From: Squalus acanthias
Lineage: Eukaryota
Length of the DNA stretch: 64,000 nt
Assembly: GCA_030390025.1 (NCBI GenBank)
Contig: CM059439.1
Location: 39,246,001-39,310,000, forward strand
Reading direction: 5' to 3'
Part shown: positions 36,730-50,823 of the stretch, one piece after another
How positions within the stretch are numbered: position 1 is the stretch's first letter
How the letters are laid out: each line of letters starts with the position of its first letter
Notes under the pieces: model-generated
Seen by the model: only the letters and a program-made list of their open reading frames with translations
Database searches by the model: none
What the model was told of the DNA's origin: nothing
Translations under genes and position numbers: made by a program

Positions 36730-38634
36730 GACAGTGAGGCAGCGATAGGCCTCACGGCTCGTATTTTCCTTAATTCTCCGCCACTATCCCAACCAATTTC
36801 AGGCAGGATTACAGAGAAGAATCCAACTATGGACTCTTTGTACTGTTAGATATGGAGCTGTTACAACACCAACAACAAAAACAGCTTGCATAAAATTCCT
36901 CACATTATAAAATCATCTCAGAATGCTTTACAAGGTGAGAGCTGCACATTGAGCAGGAAAAGAGGAAAGTTATTTAGGAGAATGAAGGCACGGTAAAAGA
37001 GTAATATGTACTAATACGAAAATTTTCATTTTCAGGTGTAAATTATTTCCAATTTTAATAGCACTGCTTTAAGAATCTCATGCTAATAGCACTCAATTTT
37101 CCAGTCTAACCTCATTTGCATAATTATTCACAACTCCAGGTGCAAAAATGCAGGTGGATCCACTGGTAGGAGAGAAAAAAAATGTGTAAGTCAAATTTAA
37201 AGGGAGGGAGACAATTTGAAGGGTGTGTCACAAGGAAAGAGACAAACATTTCGAAGGCTTATAGAAAGCATTAAAATGCATCTTAACCCATCAATAACCT
37301 TTTCAAAGGCTGAAGAAGTAAGGGAAATAAGAAGTAGCAGGCCAGCATGAAGGGAAAAGGACCATTAAGTCCAGGCACGAGTTTGCAGACAATTGACAGT
37401 GTAGCTCAGCACCTGGCCTCCTCTATAATGGCTGTTGAAGTCAAGATGACGCTGTATGAAATGCTTGCGAGGAGGGTTTTCCTCTATGCAACTCCACAGC
37501 AACATCCCATAGCCTCCAAGAAAGTGCAGACAAGTTTCAGGCCACAGTTGAACATGACTGATTCTGCATATGTGTAAGCTCTATGCTGCATTGTAGCTGC
37601 AGGTGTCCTTGCAGCAGATGCCCTCTACTGGTCCAAACCCTCAGAAGGTAGATTTTCAGTCATTCCCACAGCACAATGCGCTTCCCTGCCCTCTTTTACA
37701 TAGGCCAACAAAGCTCTCACTTGCTTCAGGCAAGAGTTTCTGCCGCCCGCCCAAAACCAGTAGGAATCTGGGGGATAAGAAGTCGAAGACTGATCCCTAT
37801 GTTTCCTCTCTTTAAGATTTGCTGTGCTGTCTTGCAACCGAATGGTTTCCTTTTGTGACTGAGAGGAAAGGTTAGAAACTGCTCTCAGTTTGATGCTCTA
37901 AGTTGCTGGATTTTAAGATTCCAGTCTCTTTGGAGACATTAGTTTCAGATCTACCATTACCAGGAGATTTCATTCAAATAGGAATTTGCAGAACATTTTA
38001 TTCTCAAAATAGGATCTACTCCCAAAGTCTCAACCGATTGCTACTGTATGAGCAGCCACCAGGACATGTGTGTACGTTTCCCAGTGACTCTTTTACTGAC
38101 TCTTTCTCTCTCTCTTTCCCTATGGGGAACCTCCTGGCCTCCACTAGATGCCTCTCCATGGTGGAAACGTTAAGATCATTAAATTACTGTGCAGCAAAAT
38201 CTCAGGCAGCGCCCATGTCCTGGACTTTGTGGCGCAGCACATTGAAGCTCAAGTGTGTCACACCCTTGTAGCTGGCTTCAGTTCTTTTTGAAAAATTTTA
38301 TGAAGCTTGAAAGATTTGGTAGTTGGGATTGCCTGTGATGTTCATATTTGTGTCATTTTGCGATATTCTATTTATCTAGCACTCAGGTTTGAGCCTGTCT
38401 CCCAGTGAGGAGATGAAAGCAACCATCAGCTCACACTCATTTACAAACATCTGCATTTTTAAATACCGTACACATAACACACACACTTATCCTATTACTT
38501 ATTTGGTACATTGGAATCAAACAGAATAAATGATAGGTATGTAAAGATCCAAGCGTCTCTGAATCTCCAGCAAGTTTGAAAGCATCTAATACCTTTGACA
38601 CAATAGCAAAAGTTCAACAATTTCAGAATCAAAC

Positions 38635-39247
38635 ACCCCTTCCAGGTGAAACAGCGATTTACTTGTACTTCTTGCAATTTAATATACTGTATTCGCTGCT
38701 CACGATGCGGTCTCCTCTACATTGGGGAGACCAAACGCAGATTGGGTGACCGCTTTGCGGAACACCTCCGTTCAGTCCGTAAGGGTGACCCTGAGCTTCC
38801 GGTCACCTGTCACTTTAATTCTCCGCTTCACTCCCACTCTGATCTCTCTGTCCTCGGCCTATTACACTGTTCCAATGAAGCTCAACGTAAGCTCGAGGAA
38901 CAGCACCTCATCTTTCGATTAGGCACTTTACAGCCTTCCGGACTCAACATCGAGTTCAACAATTTCAGACAATAATCCCTGCCCCATTTTTCATACTGTA
39001 TGATTTTGCCATTCCCATTTGCAACATTTTATCTTTCCTGCCTCTTACATAAGCACAGTATATTCTTTCAATCCCTTCCTCCCCTCCGAAACCCCCCCCA
39101 CCCCCCCAGTCTCTGCACCTGCTTAATATCTGTTACATCTCCAGCTTTTTCCAGTTCTGATGAAGGGTCCCAGACCTGAAACGTTAACTCTGTTTCTCTC
39201 TCCACGGATGCTGCCTGGCCTGCTGAGTATTTCCAGCATTTTCTGTT
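38635..39247 (+). mobile_element. Penelope-like retroelement 3' part: GIY-YIG endonuclease plus terminal region
   Basis: ORF 38646-38975 has NLIYCIRCSRCGLLYIGETKRRLGDRFAEH...HF...E...GLN, the GIY-YIG pattern. A hammerhead motif follows. Confidence 0.9.
39153..39189 (+). ncRNA. Minimal type I hammerhead ribozyme motif (Penelope-associated)
   Basis: agtt-CTGATGA-ag-ggtc-cca-gacc-t-GAAA-cgtt-aact: intact core boxes, stem II, palindromic AACGTT stem III and stem I agtt/aact. Confidence 0.7.
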
Positions 39248-40264
39248 AATACCTTTCACACTTGATTGACTCTTCACTCTCATAAAAGTTTCCTCAGCCG
39301 ATAGTTCCCAGTGATCATAAGTCCACAGGACAAATTGCCCATAATGTGGCATTAATAACTCCATCATACTGAACTATTGGGTAACAGTGCTGGTCCCCAA
39401 AATGGAAACAATACTGATGGAGGCAGTCTGACCTTGATTTTAGAAACTTTAGTAAGACTGCATCCAAAAAGTGGAATTTTATTGGGTATTCTTTGTGCCA
39501 GGCGCAGTATGACTGCTGCTAGCATAAATGGCCACTTTTATCATTTTTATTTACCTGGCTCTTTGTACCATTGTAATGACAAAATATACCAGCCGTATTG
39601 GAGGCCAGTAAGTTGCATACTGTGCATGTGCTATAGTGAGGCTGGGTGTGTGGATGTCTATTCTCACCTCCCCCCCCCCCCCACTAAACAGTGGTGCAAG
39701 CAGCCAATATAATTGGGTACTTCCTGCTCTAATCCCTACACAAATGGTGCCTAAACTGTGCCAGTGTCATTAATAATGAGGGCATTAGTAGCATTACATT
39801 ACCAGTCTGACTCCAAGAGATCAAAGAATAGCCTCAAACACTTATACATTAATAATGGGCATTTGAATAAGACAACCAGCACCGTTGGAACTGTACCCCA
39901 GCTAGGAATTGACAACTTCAGGAGACAATGGGTGAGGAGAAAGTTGGCAAGAGCAACAAAAAGGGGGTCAGACAGATACAGTACTGAGGGTGGGGCTAAA
40001 GCACACTGTGGTAGCAGACTAAAAGGAACTATACTCTGCATGCACTCTTTACTATTTCTGGCCGAAGAGTGTTTAGTGCTGACATTTGGTAGACAATGGA
40101 AAACATTTCATTATCTCACCTTGATGAGCACAAAATCTATTCCTCCCACCTTTTCTCGTTTGTTTTTAAAAACTGGCCGGGTTTCTTACAAGACATTTTT
40201 ACCAATGAAAATGTCCCTTTCATAACGGAATGGACTTCTAGTTAGTGCAGGGCCCACAGTTAAA

Positions 40265-40845
40265 GGCCCTGAATTTTCAGGTATATTTCAGTGTAATTTG
40301 CTGTATTCGGGGTGGATGGGGCAAGAGGAGCAAAAATTGGGGCCGGACCCAGTTCTGCCAACTTTCCGCCCTATTGGAGTTTGGGTTCATTGGAGTTTCC
40401 ACTGGAAGTGGGGGCGGATTCTTATTTGCCCCCTTCCACGTAGCTGTCAGCAAAAGAAGTGGGGCTGGCAGAATGATGTCATCCACCCAAATTCCTGCTG
40501 GTCCCGCCTCAGTTGTCTCCAGTGCATTGTACGCCTGTGGCCTGATCCTGGCAGAACTGGGGCCCTCAACAATTTAAAAGGCAGTTTTCTGAATGAGCAT
40601 AATGTCTGAAGTTTTCGGCTGACGCAGCTGAGAATACTGCGGCAAGGTTCCACGGTCAGTTTCCACCCTCCTCTAAACCCACCCGACTGCCGCAGGCACT
40701 TGGGCTGTGCCATAAACAATAGAATTTATGGGTATGCCTCTGGCCTTGGAAAGTGGAATGGGGACGGGGAGCAACGTACCAGTGGCCAGAAGTCCCAGTC
40801 CCTCATTATTACAGCACATGTATTTGTCGAGCCAAAATCTTTCCA
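40265..40845. mobile_element. Degenerate Harbinger-type MITE
   Basis: Starts with ggccctgaattttc, a terminus type shared with 44574-45329; GC-rich body. Confidence 0.45.
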
Positions 40846-41939
40846 AGTAATTTTTTCATTTTAAACTGAAAAAACAAACTTTCATAAGGAAAGCTTCCTA
40901 TTCCATTATGGAGCTAGTTACCTGAGTTAAATTATAGTCTGATTTAAAAAAAAGTTCTATTGCAGAATGTGTAAATATTATATACTGTATATAGAAAATC
41001 TGTGTCACGCTGTCACTTGGTCATCTGTATTGTGTCTTGATGTGCATGTCTGTGATCAAAGATCTTTTACCCTGTCAAAATATCTTGTGGAGAAAATACA
41101 CAGCACTCGACTGCACTGGAGAGTCAACATGCTCTGAACCTTGTACTGCAAAGCTTGAAGTCACTTATATGATGGTTTTATCCAGAACATAGACTACTTT
41201 TCTAAACCTACCTACTTATATTTTTAAACAATACAGACTCTCAAAAGTGTAAGAAAGATTCTTTCAGAATAATAATAAGACAAAATATATACTTTAAAAC
41301 ATATAATGCACATAATGAACTGGAAGGTGGGGTTTTGCGTGAAACTAATCCAGTGACCATTTTCATGAATGATATGGTGCAGCATTGGACTGGATGGAAT
41401 GAATTTCTATCAGGTGAATGCCTACTTTTTTGGCACTGTTATTCTGCTGGTACAGACCTGAGACTATTATCTGCTTGGAGCGACATGGAGTTAGTTAGCA
41501 GTGCTGAGTTGCACTGCCACCTCCATGTCACTTTCCGCTCAGTCTCAGCTTGTTCACTGCCATCCAGCTGTCTGTTAAATTTAATGTTAGCGGAGCCAAT
41601 GGAGCAGTCAGCTCTTCGCCAAGGTAAAACGGCTTAAAAATGAAGTTTACAAGTTCATGGACAACCAACTTGGGAACTTTCAAATTTACTTTACCTTGGT
41701 TATATTTATTTACTGCAGCTGGTGCAAAGCCAAAGCACTGTTAGACTATGTCCTTGTGATAATTTCACATCACTTACCAAAATTTAGTCCGTCCTTGAAC
41801 TCACTTGCGAGCAGCATCACACGGTTTGCTTCAAAGTGAAGCCAGAACTGCATTGGACCGGCTTAAAGTGTTTAGTATAACTGACCTCTAACGGTGCTCT
41901 CCTGCAAGCTCGAAATTCCTGCTTACAATTGGAGGGAAT

Positions 41940-42125
41940 GGGGGTCATTTTGACTTTGTGCGATAGTGTAAAATGGGTGATAACGAATCGACAACCCGTT
42001 TTACATCTCTCCTGATTTTTATTTCTATTGACTTCAATGGAAATAAAAATCGGGAGAGGTGTAAAGCGGGCTGTCGATTCGTTATCACCGATTTTACCCT
42101 ATCGCAGAAAGTCACAATTACCCCC
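41940..42125. mobile_element. 186-bp palindromic (foldback) MITE
   Basis: The two halves are near-perfect reverse complements around attgacttcaat; termini gggggtcatt and aattaccccc. Confidence 0.85.
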
Positions 42126-44573
42126 AACGAATTGGATTGTCAAAGGTAACTGCAATTTTTTACCATACGTATGGTTTTCATATCAAAGCACTTAAAGGAA
42201 GAAAAACATTTGAAATTCTCAAAAAGACTTTTTATTTTAAAAATTGTTTTTTTAACTACCTTCTTTGATTGTACTAAACAAATGTTGCTATAACAGCATT
42301 TCCTCCCTCCCACAGAGCCCCATTAATACCAATTGTTTTGTTCCACAGAGAAAGTGCTTTATATTGATCCTCGTTTAGTCTGTGAGAATACAGTGCAATC
42401 TCTGCACTGGCGTGATTAAGTTATTATGATAAAACCTCAACATTAACAGCATTGGAAAAGTTGACGTCAGCCATTTCCCTACAAACCTTTTCCTGGTGAC
42501 CTGAATGTTAATTTTAGGGCAAAAATATACAGCAATCGAAAATGGAAACTAACATTTGAGGTTGTATAGTAAATATTTGAGAAAATGCGCAACATCGTAG
42601 TGATGTCATTGAATGACTGGTTGCATCTACCAATATGAGTTCTTATAATTTCAGTTAAAAACTAAACTGTAAACAATGAATGTCATGATACAAACATTCC
42701 CACAACAGCACAGACTTCCCCTGATTTCCTACTAGGATTTTAAATTATGGCAAGGGCAGAAATGTAGCCTGTCCATAAATTACTATGCATTGATTCAGGT
42801 TTTCACTTTACACACAGGTTTGCTGCAGCTGTTAAATGAATATGGTCGCTGGCGGTCTTCATTAGTTATAGAAATAATAATAGGAGCAGGAGGAGGCCAA
42901 TCGGCCCTTCGAGCCTGCTCCGCCATTCAATATGATCATGGCTGATTTATAACTGATCTCAAGTCTTCCAGTTCATTGTTGCTGGAATACAGTGTTGTGA
43001 TTAAGGTGAAGGGAAGAAGATTTTCAAATCACAGCACAGCTATCTGTATAAAGCTAAATGTTTCCCATTGCTTTGTAAAGCCATTAAATCTGACTGCTAT
43101 ACATTCCAAGTTTCAAACTAATGCCCCTACACAGGGCAAATAGGCCAAATAAGTGCAATATGAAACTGAAATTGTGTATATGTGAGTATTGTGTGTGAAT
43201 ATTTTACTTACAATTATTAACTGGTAGTTTCTGTAAACATTCTTTTTATATCAGTCTGGTTTGTTTTGGTAAAGAAAGACTTGCATTTCTATAGCGCCTT
43301 TCACGACCACCAGACGTCTCAAAGCGCTTTACAGCCAATGAAGTACTTTTGAAGTGGAGTCACTGTTGTAATCTGGGGGAGAAAGCGCAGTAAACATTTA
43401 CATGAGCTATTTCTTGTTTGACTTCTACACAATTTAGTCTGAAGATGATGCTGGTTTACTTTGAAGTTACAGTTCCATGTAGGGATAAATAAAGTAAATG
43501 CATATTTATTGTTTTGTGTGATATTAAGATGTGCATGAGACATAACTTTTCATGTATTATGTACATGAGACATAACTTGTCTAAAGTTTTCAAGTGTAAG
43601 CCTGTACTTTTATGCTTTAAGAGGAGGAGCAGCTTACTTTAGATACTAACAGTGCAGTACACCCCCTAGCTTCCACTAAAGAAACAAAAAGTCAGTGGAG
43701 TGGAGCATTCAGTAATTGCAAACTCACTTTACGAAACCATACAGAGAGAAATTCAGAAACGCAGCCTGATCCAGAGTTGTCAGAAATAAAATAACATTGG
43801 GATGATTGCCAGGAATTTTGATGCACCTCTCCTGCACTTCCAGTGGTCACCTCACAGTCCCCAGAAAGCATTGCTTGTATCCCTTTAAATTCTACCTGAG
43901 TCCTACCCTTGGCAGGGCAAATCCCCTATCTGTCCTATTGCCCACTTTAAAGTCATACATTCTGTCCTTATTTTTATATTATCATTATAAATTCTGATGT
44001 CCACATTTAGAATGGAAGCTGCCTATGTAAAGTTGGCACGCTGTAATTAGACCCTCCCACCAATGGTGACACCTCCACTAGCAGAAGAATGTAATTACAG
44101 CATGACAAATTTCCATGTGCAGTTTCCATTATAAATGTGAACATAGGAGTTTATAATGTAAAAAGTTGATAAGTGTGTGCAGGCATAAAATATTTAATAT
44201 ATTAAAAGATGTAGATATCTTGTGTTATTGTAAATGTTAGGCAATCTGAGAATATACTCAGTTAGCTTTGGTTTAGATTTTTTTCTCATTTGTGAGCTCA
44301 CATGGCAGCTTACACCATACTTGGTTCTCCCATCGAAAGCAATCGGCCATAGCAAAGCACCTTTCTTGTCCTCTCCTGCTTCAGCCATTAACCATTAGAG
44401 CTGTCTGAGAGAGATGTGTTCCAATCCAAATTAGTTCATGATCACTATCGATTTTTTTTTCTCCTTCTGAGCTAGAAACTGCGGTGATTCCTGAAACTCG
44501 CTCCCAACAAAGCGCTCACTTCCAAAAGAGGGGCTGATGGATTTGCTCTTAATAGAGATGCAGATAAACTTTA

Positions 44574-45329
44574 GGTCCGGAAATTGCGGTCGGCGGCATA
44601 GCTAAGGAGTACGTCGCTGACCTCCGAACGAAATCCGCACTTACCTTGTCCGACGCCCCAAGTGAAAACTTGCTTTCAAATGCTGCAGCTGTGCTCAGCG
44701 TAGTGGCCCACTGATCCCAGGGACGCACTGTTGTGCATAAGCGTACCTGTGATCTCGTGGGGAGGTGCTCCTTTTACTAGCCAATCAGGAAACATAGAAA
44801 GCCCCGTGCATTACAACTTGTAAATTAAACGGCGTGATACTAATTAAATGTATTGGACAAGTACAGTACTTGGCTTTAAAAAGCACAGGGAATACTTTGG
44901 AGTATGTACAGTTATTTACTGGAAGACTCTGCAAGATTTAAAAAAATTAAAACGATCTCAAACCGAGCCTTTACAGCTGCCTGGTAGGTTCTTTTACATG
45001 TTCCTTTTTAATTATTATACAATTTTCTCACCCCCCCCCCCCGCCCCCCACTCCGCCACTTACGCTGTGCAAACAGGCCCCTGCACCTGTTTGCACCAGC
45101 TGTAAAATTTTCCAGCATAATTGATGCGCAGTAGGTGGGCAATTAGCCCAACTTTTCGATTTCAACGAGGACTTGAAAGTCGCAGCGGAACGTGTCTATT
45201 CGGAAGGTGACAGATCGCAAGTTCTGGATGCAAGCACATACGGAAATCTTGGACTTGCGGTCAATTTCAAAGGCGGTATGACGGTGTACTCCGAGAGTAT
45301 GCCATCATACCGACCGCAAATTCAGGGCC
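44574..45329. mobile_element. Harbinger-type MITE
   Basis: TIRs ggtccggaaattgcggtcgg and ccgaccgcaaattcagggcc. Confidence 0.75.
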
Positions 45330-45837
45330 AACATTACTGACAGTCCTGGATCTCAACCAATGTCCTTCAGGTTGGGAGGCTCCACTGCTTCTTACTACTG
45401 TTGGACACCTTATTTTCTTTTTGATGTGCTAAGATAAGCTAGATGTTTATTGTAGCTGTCAGTTCGTGTTAATAGCCACAAAATATGTATCAGCTAATGT
45501 TTATCGTTTACCCGCACCAATCTGTTCTGAACCAAAGAGATTTAATTTTTCCAAAAACGTTGGTATGGGCAAATGGTGAATTGAATATTTTTTAACTTTT
45601 CTTTTAATCAAGTTCTTTTTGGGGAAGTTCCCCATTCCTCTTTTTTCCTGTAATTTTTTTTATTGCTTCTTTGTTCATCTGGAGACCTTGATGGCAGACA
45701 CGTGGCTTGCTCCAAGGCTGGTTTCTGTAGCTGGCCAGGAGCGACCCTTCCCTCCAATAATCTGTTGCCCTGCTGGAAAACATTGCAACTTATGCTCGGC
45801 ACGTCCTGCTCAGCATGATTCTGCAATCAAACACGCA

Positions 45838-46415
45838 AACAGATTTTAACCCTGCCCACCCACCAGAAACCGGACGGACAGGCAGTTAAAACCGCCCGTG
45901 GGATTTACCTGCTGAAGTCCTGCTGTCTTCTCCCGCGATCCAATTTTAACCTGCTCTTCTGAGCAGGCAAGAGGGACACCCGCAAGTGGAGCCCATTTTT
46001 AAATATGCACATTGGGCTTTGATGATGTGATCGGGAACGAGCAGCAATTTTAACTGGAGGCCTACTTGGGAAAGTCGTTGTGGTCCTCCAGGTTCCACAA
46101 GGAACATTGAGGTTTCCTCTGCCCTAGGGGCTTCCCCCACTCCCCCAATCACGCGGCCCACCCATTTATCTGTGTGCCGGGGATCATTCCTTCAGTCTCC
46201 ACAACTGGCGCCCTGCGACCTGGCATTCCGCTGCCGCACCCCCTCCGGCCAGCTATTGCTTCCCGCCAGTTTCTGGCGGGAGACTGACGGGGCTTCTGCA
46301 GCTGAGGCCCAGGAGTGAAAACTTACCGAGCCTAAAACTGCCAAGGTCGGGATGATTTGCCGTCTGCCTCAGGCCCGGCCCGCACAACTCCTGCCCTGAG
46401 TTAAAGTCGGGGCTT
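45838..46415. mobile_element. Harbinger-type MITE remnant
   Basis: Termini gattttaacc and gttaaagtcggggc; GC-rich body with caattttaac repeats. Confidence 0.5.
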
Positions 46416-46959
46416 CAATGTTGGTGCTCCCCCATGGTGATTTCAGATTTGATATTAAGCCTCTATCTTGCATCATGCTCAATTTAATTTGCAGTAGGCA
46501 TATTTGTAGGATCTTACCTGTCATAAAATGCATCCATTGAAGTTATTGCATTAATATTAAATAGTCCAAAAGCGTAAAGATTTTCTGGAGGTGTTGTCTG
46601 CTACTTTATGAGGACGTGACCACAGAGAGGCAGAATGTAGGTTTGTCTCCTCTGAATTTCCCAGATGGTGATTTCCGATCCTCGGCTGAGGATCTTAGGA
46701 AGGTGTTGAGCCAATTTCAATGGAAAGTGAGATGTTTCGCTTGAGGAAATAAGAGAAATTTGGATGGAGAGCAACCCATGCTGTGCTTATCTTCTGCACC
46801 ATCTAATGGGCTGTTATAGACTGGCATAGGCAGAGGCCTGGGAATATGTTGTGTGCTCACCATGCCAGTTAGCAAATAGTGTATAACATGGAAGGACCCA
46901 AGGAGATTGGACAAAATAACCTACATAGTGGAAGAAAAGACAGCCACAGTCATTGGAAT

Positions 46960-47110
46960 GATCCCTTTCTCCCTCAGTGCTTATTCAGCTTTCCCTTAAA
47001 TGCATCTATGCTATTCGCCTCAACTGCTCCCTGTGGTAGCGAGTTCCACATTCTAACCGCTCTCTGGGTAAAGAAGTTTTTCCTGAAATCCCGATTGGAT
47101 TTATTAGCAC
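46960..47110 (-). mobile_element. CR1 3' fragment
   Basis: Homologous to 16190-16330. Confidence 0.65.
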
Positions 47111-47129
47111 TGTACTTTCAAAGATTCCT

Positions 47130-47430
47130 GGGAAGCTTCCCAGGTGGCTTAGTGAGTAAATGCCCTGCTTGGTGTGGTATTAAGTCTTTAAGACCACAAA
47201 GGTCCCGTGTCTGATCCCCAGTCGATTATGAGTTCTATGATCACATATAGAGCAGCAACAGGGATACTACGACAGGGGAAAGGAAGGGAAAAATCAGCTC
47301 CAGATCTGGCTCAGCAATGATGCCCCCACAGTTCAATAGGCTACCAGCACTTGCAGTAAAGGCTTGTATGTGAAGAATGGTACCTAGAGTGAGATAGTAG
47401 AAGGCTGCCAAAGCCAGTAGAACAATATTG
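47130..47430 (+). mobile_element. tRNA-derived SINE (AmnSINE2-like), degenerate
   Basis: cccaggtggcttagtgagtaaatg head, aaggtccc and ggaaaaatcagc blocks. Confidence 0.5.
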
Positions 47431-47904
47431 CAGCATGAGTCAGCGTGTCCTGGAAAAAGGATGCAAGTTGAGAGAGGAAACAAAAGAAAAGGGGCTGGAC
47501 ACACTCTTCACAGAGAGCTCACATTTCTTGTGCAGTCCTCTTTATTATTTAGTACAAGTTGCTGAAATTTGCTTTAGGTGTTTCACAGAATTGTATTCCA
47601 TAAATTGTTTTTATTTACTGTTTAGATTTTTCAGTCGATACTGTAAATCTTGTCTGTAGTTTAGTTAAGACTGTAAATACAGACTTCTCAGGAACGCTAT
47701 TTACATTACTTGTGTACTGATATATAAAATAGATCAGCCAGTGGCAAAATACAATTTCCAGTGTTAAAATGTTGTTGTTTTGTACACAATTAAATATTTG
47801 TAAACATTATCTGAAGCTAGAAAAAATAACTTGATAGTTCTACAGAATTGCAGGCGAGAATGTATATATTCTGCCTGTTACCTCAGTCCATTTACATTAA
47901 TTAT

Positions 47905-48280
47905 CTCTTGTGACGGCTCAGTGGATAAATGCACTGTGCAGCGTGGAACTGAAAATACAGGTCAGGAAAATCCCAGGTTTGATCCTCAGTCTGTGTTGAA
48001 TTGGCTGAGGCCAGGTAGTTGAAGCACTATAACTGGCCTCAGGACTCCTGAGCTAGGTTTGGGCAAACTTCACGGGTTCTTACTCCTAATTGCTGTCTAA
48101 TGACCCCTGCTGGAAAGTATGTGTGTGCATGTCAGATGTGGACATGATCAGGCTCACCTGTGATACCCTACATAGTTAAATCGTCTACTGGGACTAATTG
48201 TTAAGTCTCATAAACTAAGAATGGCTTATTAGCGAGGTACTGGAGGGCTGATGGTGCTCTTGGAACTGTACTTTCAGCAC
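47905..48280 (+). mobile_element. tRNA-derived SINE (AmnSINE2-like), degenerate
   Basis: ggctcagtggataaatgcactg head, cccaggtttgatcc B-box-like motif and tgacccctgctggaaag. Confidence 0.55.
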
Positions 48281-50817
48281 CTTTAATAAGTAAATAAATG
48301 GTTTAAAATTGCATTTTACATTTAAATGCGCCAAATACTTGGACATAAAAGCAATGAGTTAGACAGGCTGAAAGACCCATTGGCCTTTCTAACTTTTTGA
48401 TCCTATGGCTGTTTCAGGATTTTGAAATTTCAGACTAAATATAGTGGTGTGTTAATAGCATTAGTCAGGGATAATGAGCATACAGCAGTTTCTAGCCAGG
48501 CAAAGTACAATAGCAGAGTGTACTGGAATGCAGCAACACAGCATGTTTCAGGGAGGCTGGATACATCTGGATTCAAACTCTCATTGATGGGATGATCTAA
48601 TTATTCTGGGTTTGTTTTTTAACTTTTTGAGCAGAGTTTTTCTTTTGTTGTCAACAAGTGCTCCACCATTCTTTAATTCACTTTAGTGTGCATACACAAA
48701 AAGGCACATTCAAAAACATGCAAACACCCAGATATAATATATAATAATAACTTTTACCTCATCATCTAAAATAGTATGAAGTATGTATTAATAATGAGTG
48801 TCTGCATTGTCTCTTTTGAGATTGACTTTTTTCAGGTAGTTTCATCCCTTCTCCTTTTGTGGGTTCTTTCCATTTGATTCCCAGTCACAGGGACAGGCAG
48901 ATAACCTGCTGCCAAGGTTCTGCCAATGTTGCTCAAAAACCAGGTGCTTGGAGACGTACAAGGGAAGCCTCTGGCGATTGCACTTGAGTTCTCCCTCCCT
49001 GTGGCCAAGTGCCTGGTATCTATTTGGCTACTATGTTGTCGTGGCTGAGCTTGGGAAGTCAGCACGTTGTATTCTGTCAGCTCTGGTGCAGTGCATTGAG
49101 CCTCCGGTGTATTGTGCTACTGTGTCACCTGCATCTGTTATTATAATCAACTTCTTTTTATTTAGTTATTTCTTCACACCCCACTCTTTAGATCTTCCTG
49201 CGTCATGCACATAAAGGTAGGTAACCTATTCCCAAGCTTCAATCAATGTGCTGTGTAACTGGAGGAAGTTCATTAAAGTGATGCAGGTTGACCTTGCTCC
49301 TGATTTTCCAAAAGGAAAGTGCCATGGCTAAGTCTCTGTGAATCACCTTGATGGCATGGCAAAAATTAACAATTGGGAGTAACTCTATTTCAAACAGAGC
49401 ACAGGCTGATTGGGCTGTTATTCTTACACGGGAAGTTAAATTATTTTAAAGAATGATTTACAGCTGGTGATTAGCATTGTAGTATTAACATTTTACAGCT
49501 GTCAAAATCCATTCCTACTTCTTAAAAATATTCTTTTGCAAATTTTAATGATTGCTAAAAAAAGAATTCGAGAGACCCACAAAATTCCATAAATCATAGC
49601 AATCAGGAATAAACTTTAATCTTGTTATTCTTTTGATTTCAGTGCTGAATTGCTGGTGCAGTTGTCAAAGGGTTGGATTTTACCATTTGAATCAACCAAC
49701 AGATATAAAATCAAAAAAAAGTTAAATATCGCGAGCAGCTGCATCATTAACCATTCTCTTGTTTTATACAATCTGTGGGCTTTGCTGGTACCAGAGATTG
49801 GACAATGGGTCCAAATATAGGTGTTAGTGATGCGAAACAATGGTAGCCTGCAGTGAAGCATTTAAACAGGGAGATGGCTGCAATACAAACTATCGAACCT
49901 AAACAGGTATCTTTGTAGTTTTTCTGTCTTGATTTTAATTTTGTTTTTCTTTCTATTTATGACTGCCTTATATTATTCACTAAATGGGGAACTGTTGACA
50001 CAAATCTATATCTTTACCTTCTATAATGCAATGTGTTAAAAAATCCAAGCTCTGTCTGGCCATGCAACATATTTTGAAAGCAGGTAGATATCCGAATGCC
50101 ACCTTCTCGGGTTTGGTAACTGGTTATGAGGCCAAAGAATGGTGTCCTATGAGCCTAACGCATTACACTGGAAACATGAAGACACCTTCCTGCTGGAGGA
50201 CATAAAGGCACTGTCCTGTATTGTTACACAACTCAAAGATAATGTCAAAGAATGAAGTCTAAGATACCCTCTTCAGAAGGACATCAGATCATTATCTCTT
50301 ATGGAAAGTAAATTGGGAAATTTTTACAATATAAGTAATGAGTGTTTTATATAGAATTTAGATCAAAAAATATTTTGATTTACATTTTGTATTCATGTAT
50401 AAATAAATAGAAGATGTTGAAAACTAAATCTAAACAGCACCAATACATCAAATTTCCCAATTTACAGTATTACTGAAACATTCCTTGTTATATTTTAGTG
50501 AGTAAAACATTAGGTTTAAACAGTACTTAACCAGTGTTCAGAGATAGATATGGATGTTGTACAAAAGTAAAGAGGTAAACATTTGAAACATTCAGTGTTG
50601 CTTCTGTTGATATTTGTAGTGCAAAAATGTCGGAAGTAAACTTAATTCAGGTCCTGTTCTCTTTTATTTTTCCTTCTCAAGAATGTAAAAGTGTAAAAAT
50701 ATGAGGGGCTTGCTTTGGTAGTTTGTTACAGTTTCAAAAAAAGCTGTGGTTATTGATAAATGCTTGAAAAAGTGGTCATGTGTTTTTAAATTTTCCTGTG
50801 TCTTTTAAAAAAAAAAC

Positions 50818-50823
50818 AATAAA
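50818..50823 (+). promoter_or_regulatory. Candidate distal polyadenylation signal (AATAAA) for an extended RAB3B 3' UTR
   Basis: AATAAA closes an AU-rich, repeat-poor block, with TGTA motifs upstream (about 50684 and 50692) and U-rich sequence downstream. Several other AATAAA/ATTAAA hexamers occur earlier, e.g. ATTAAA at 34923. Confidence 0.35.
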
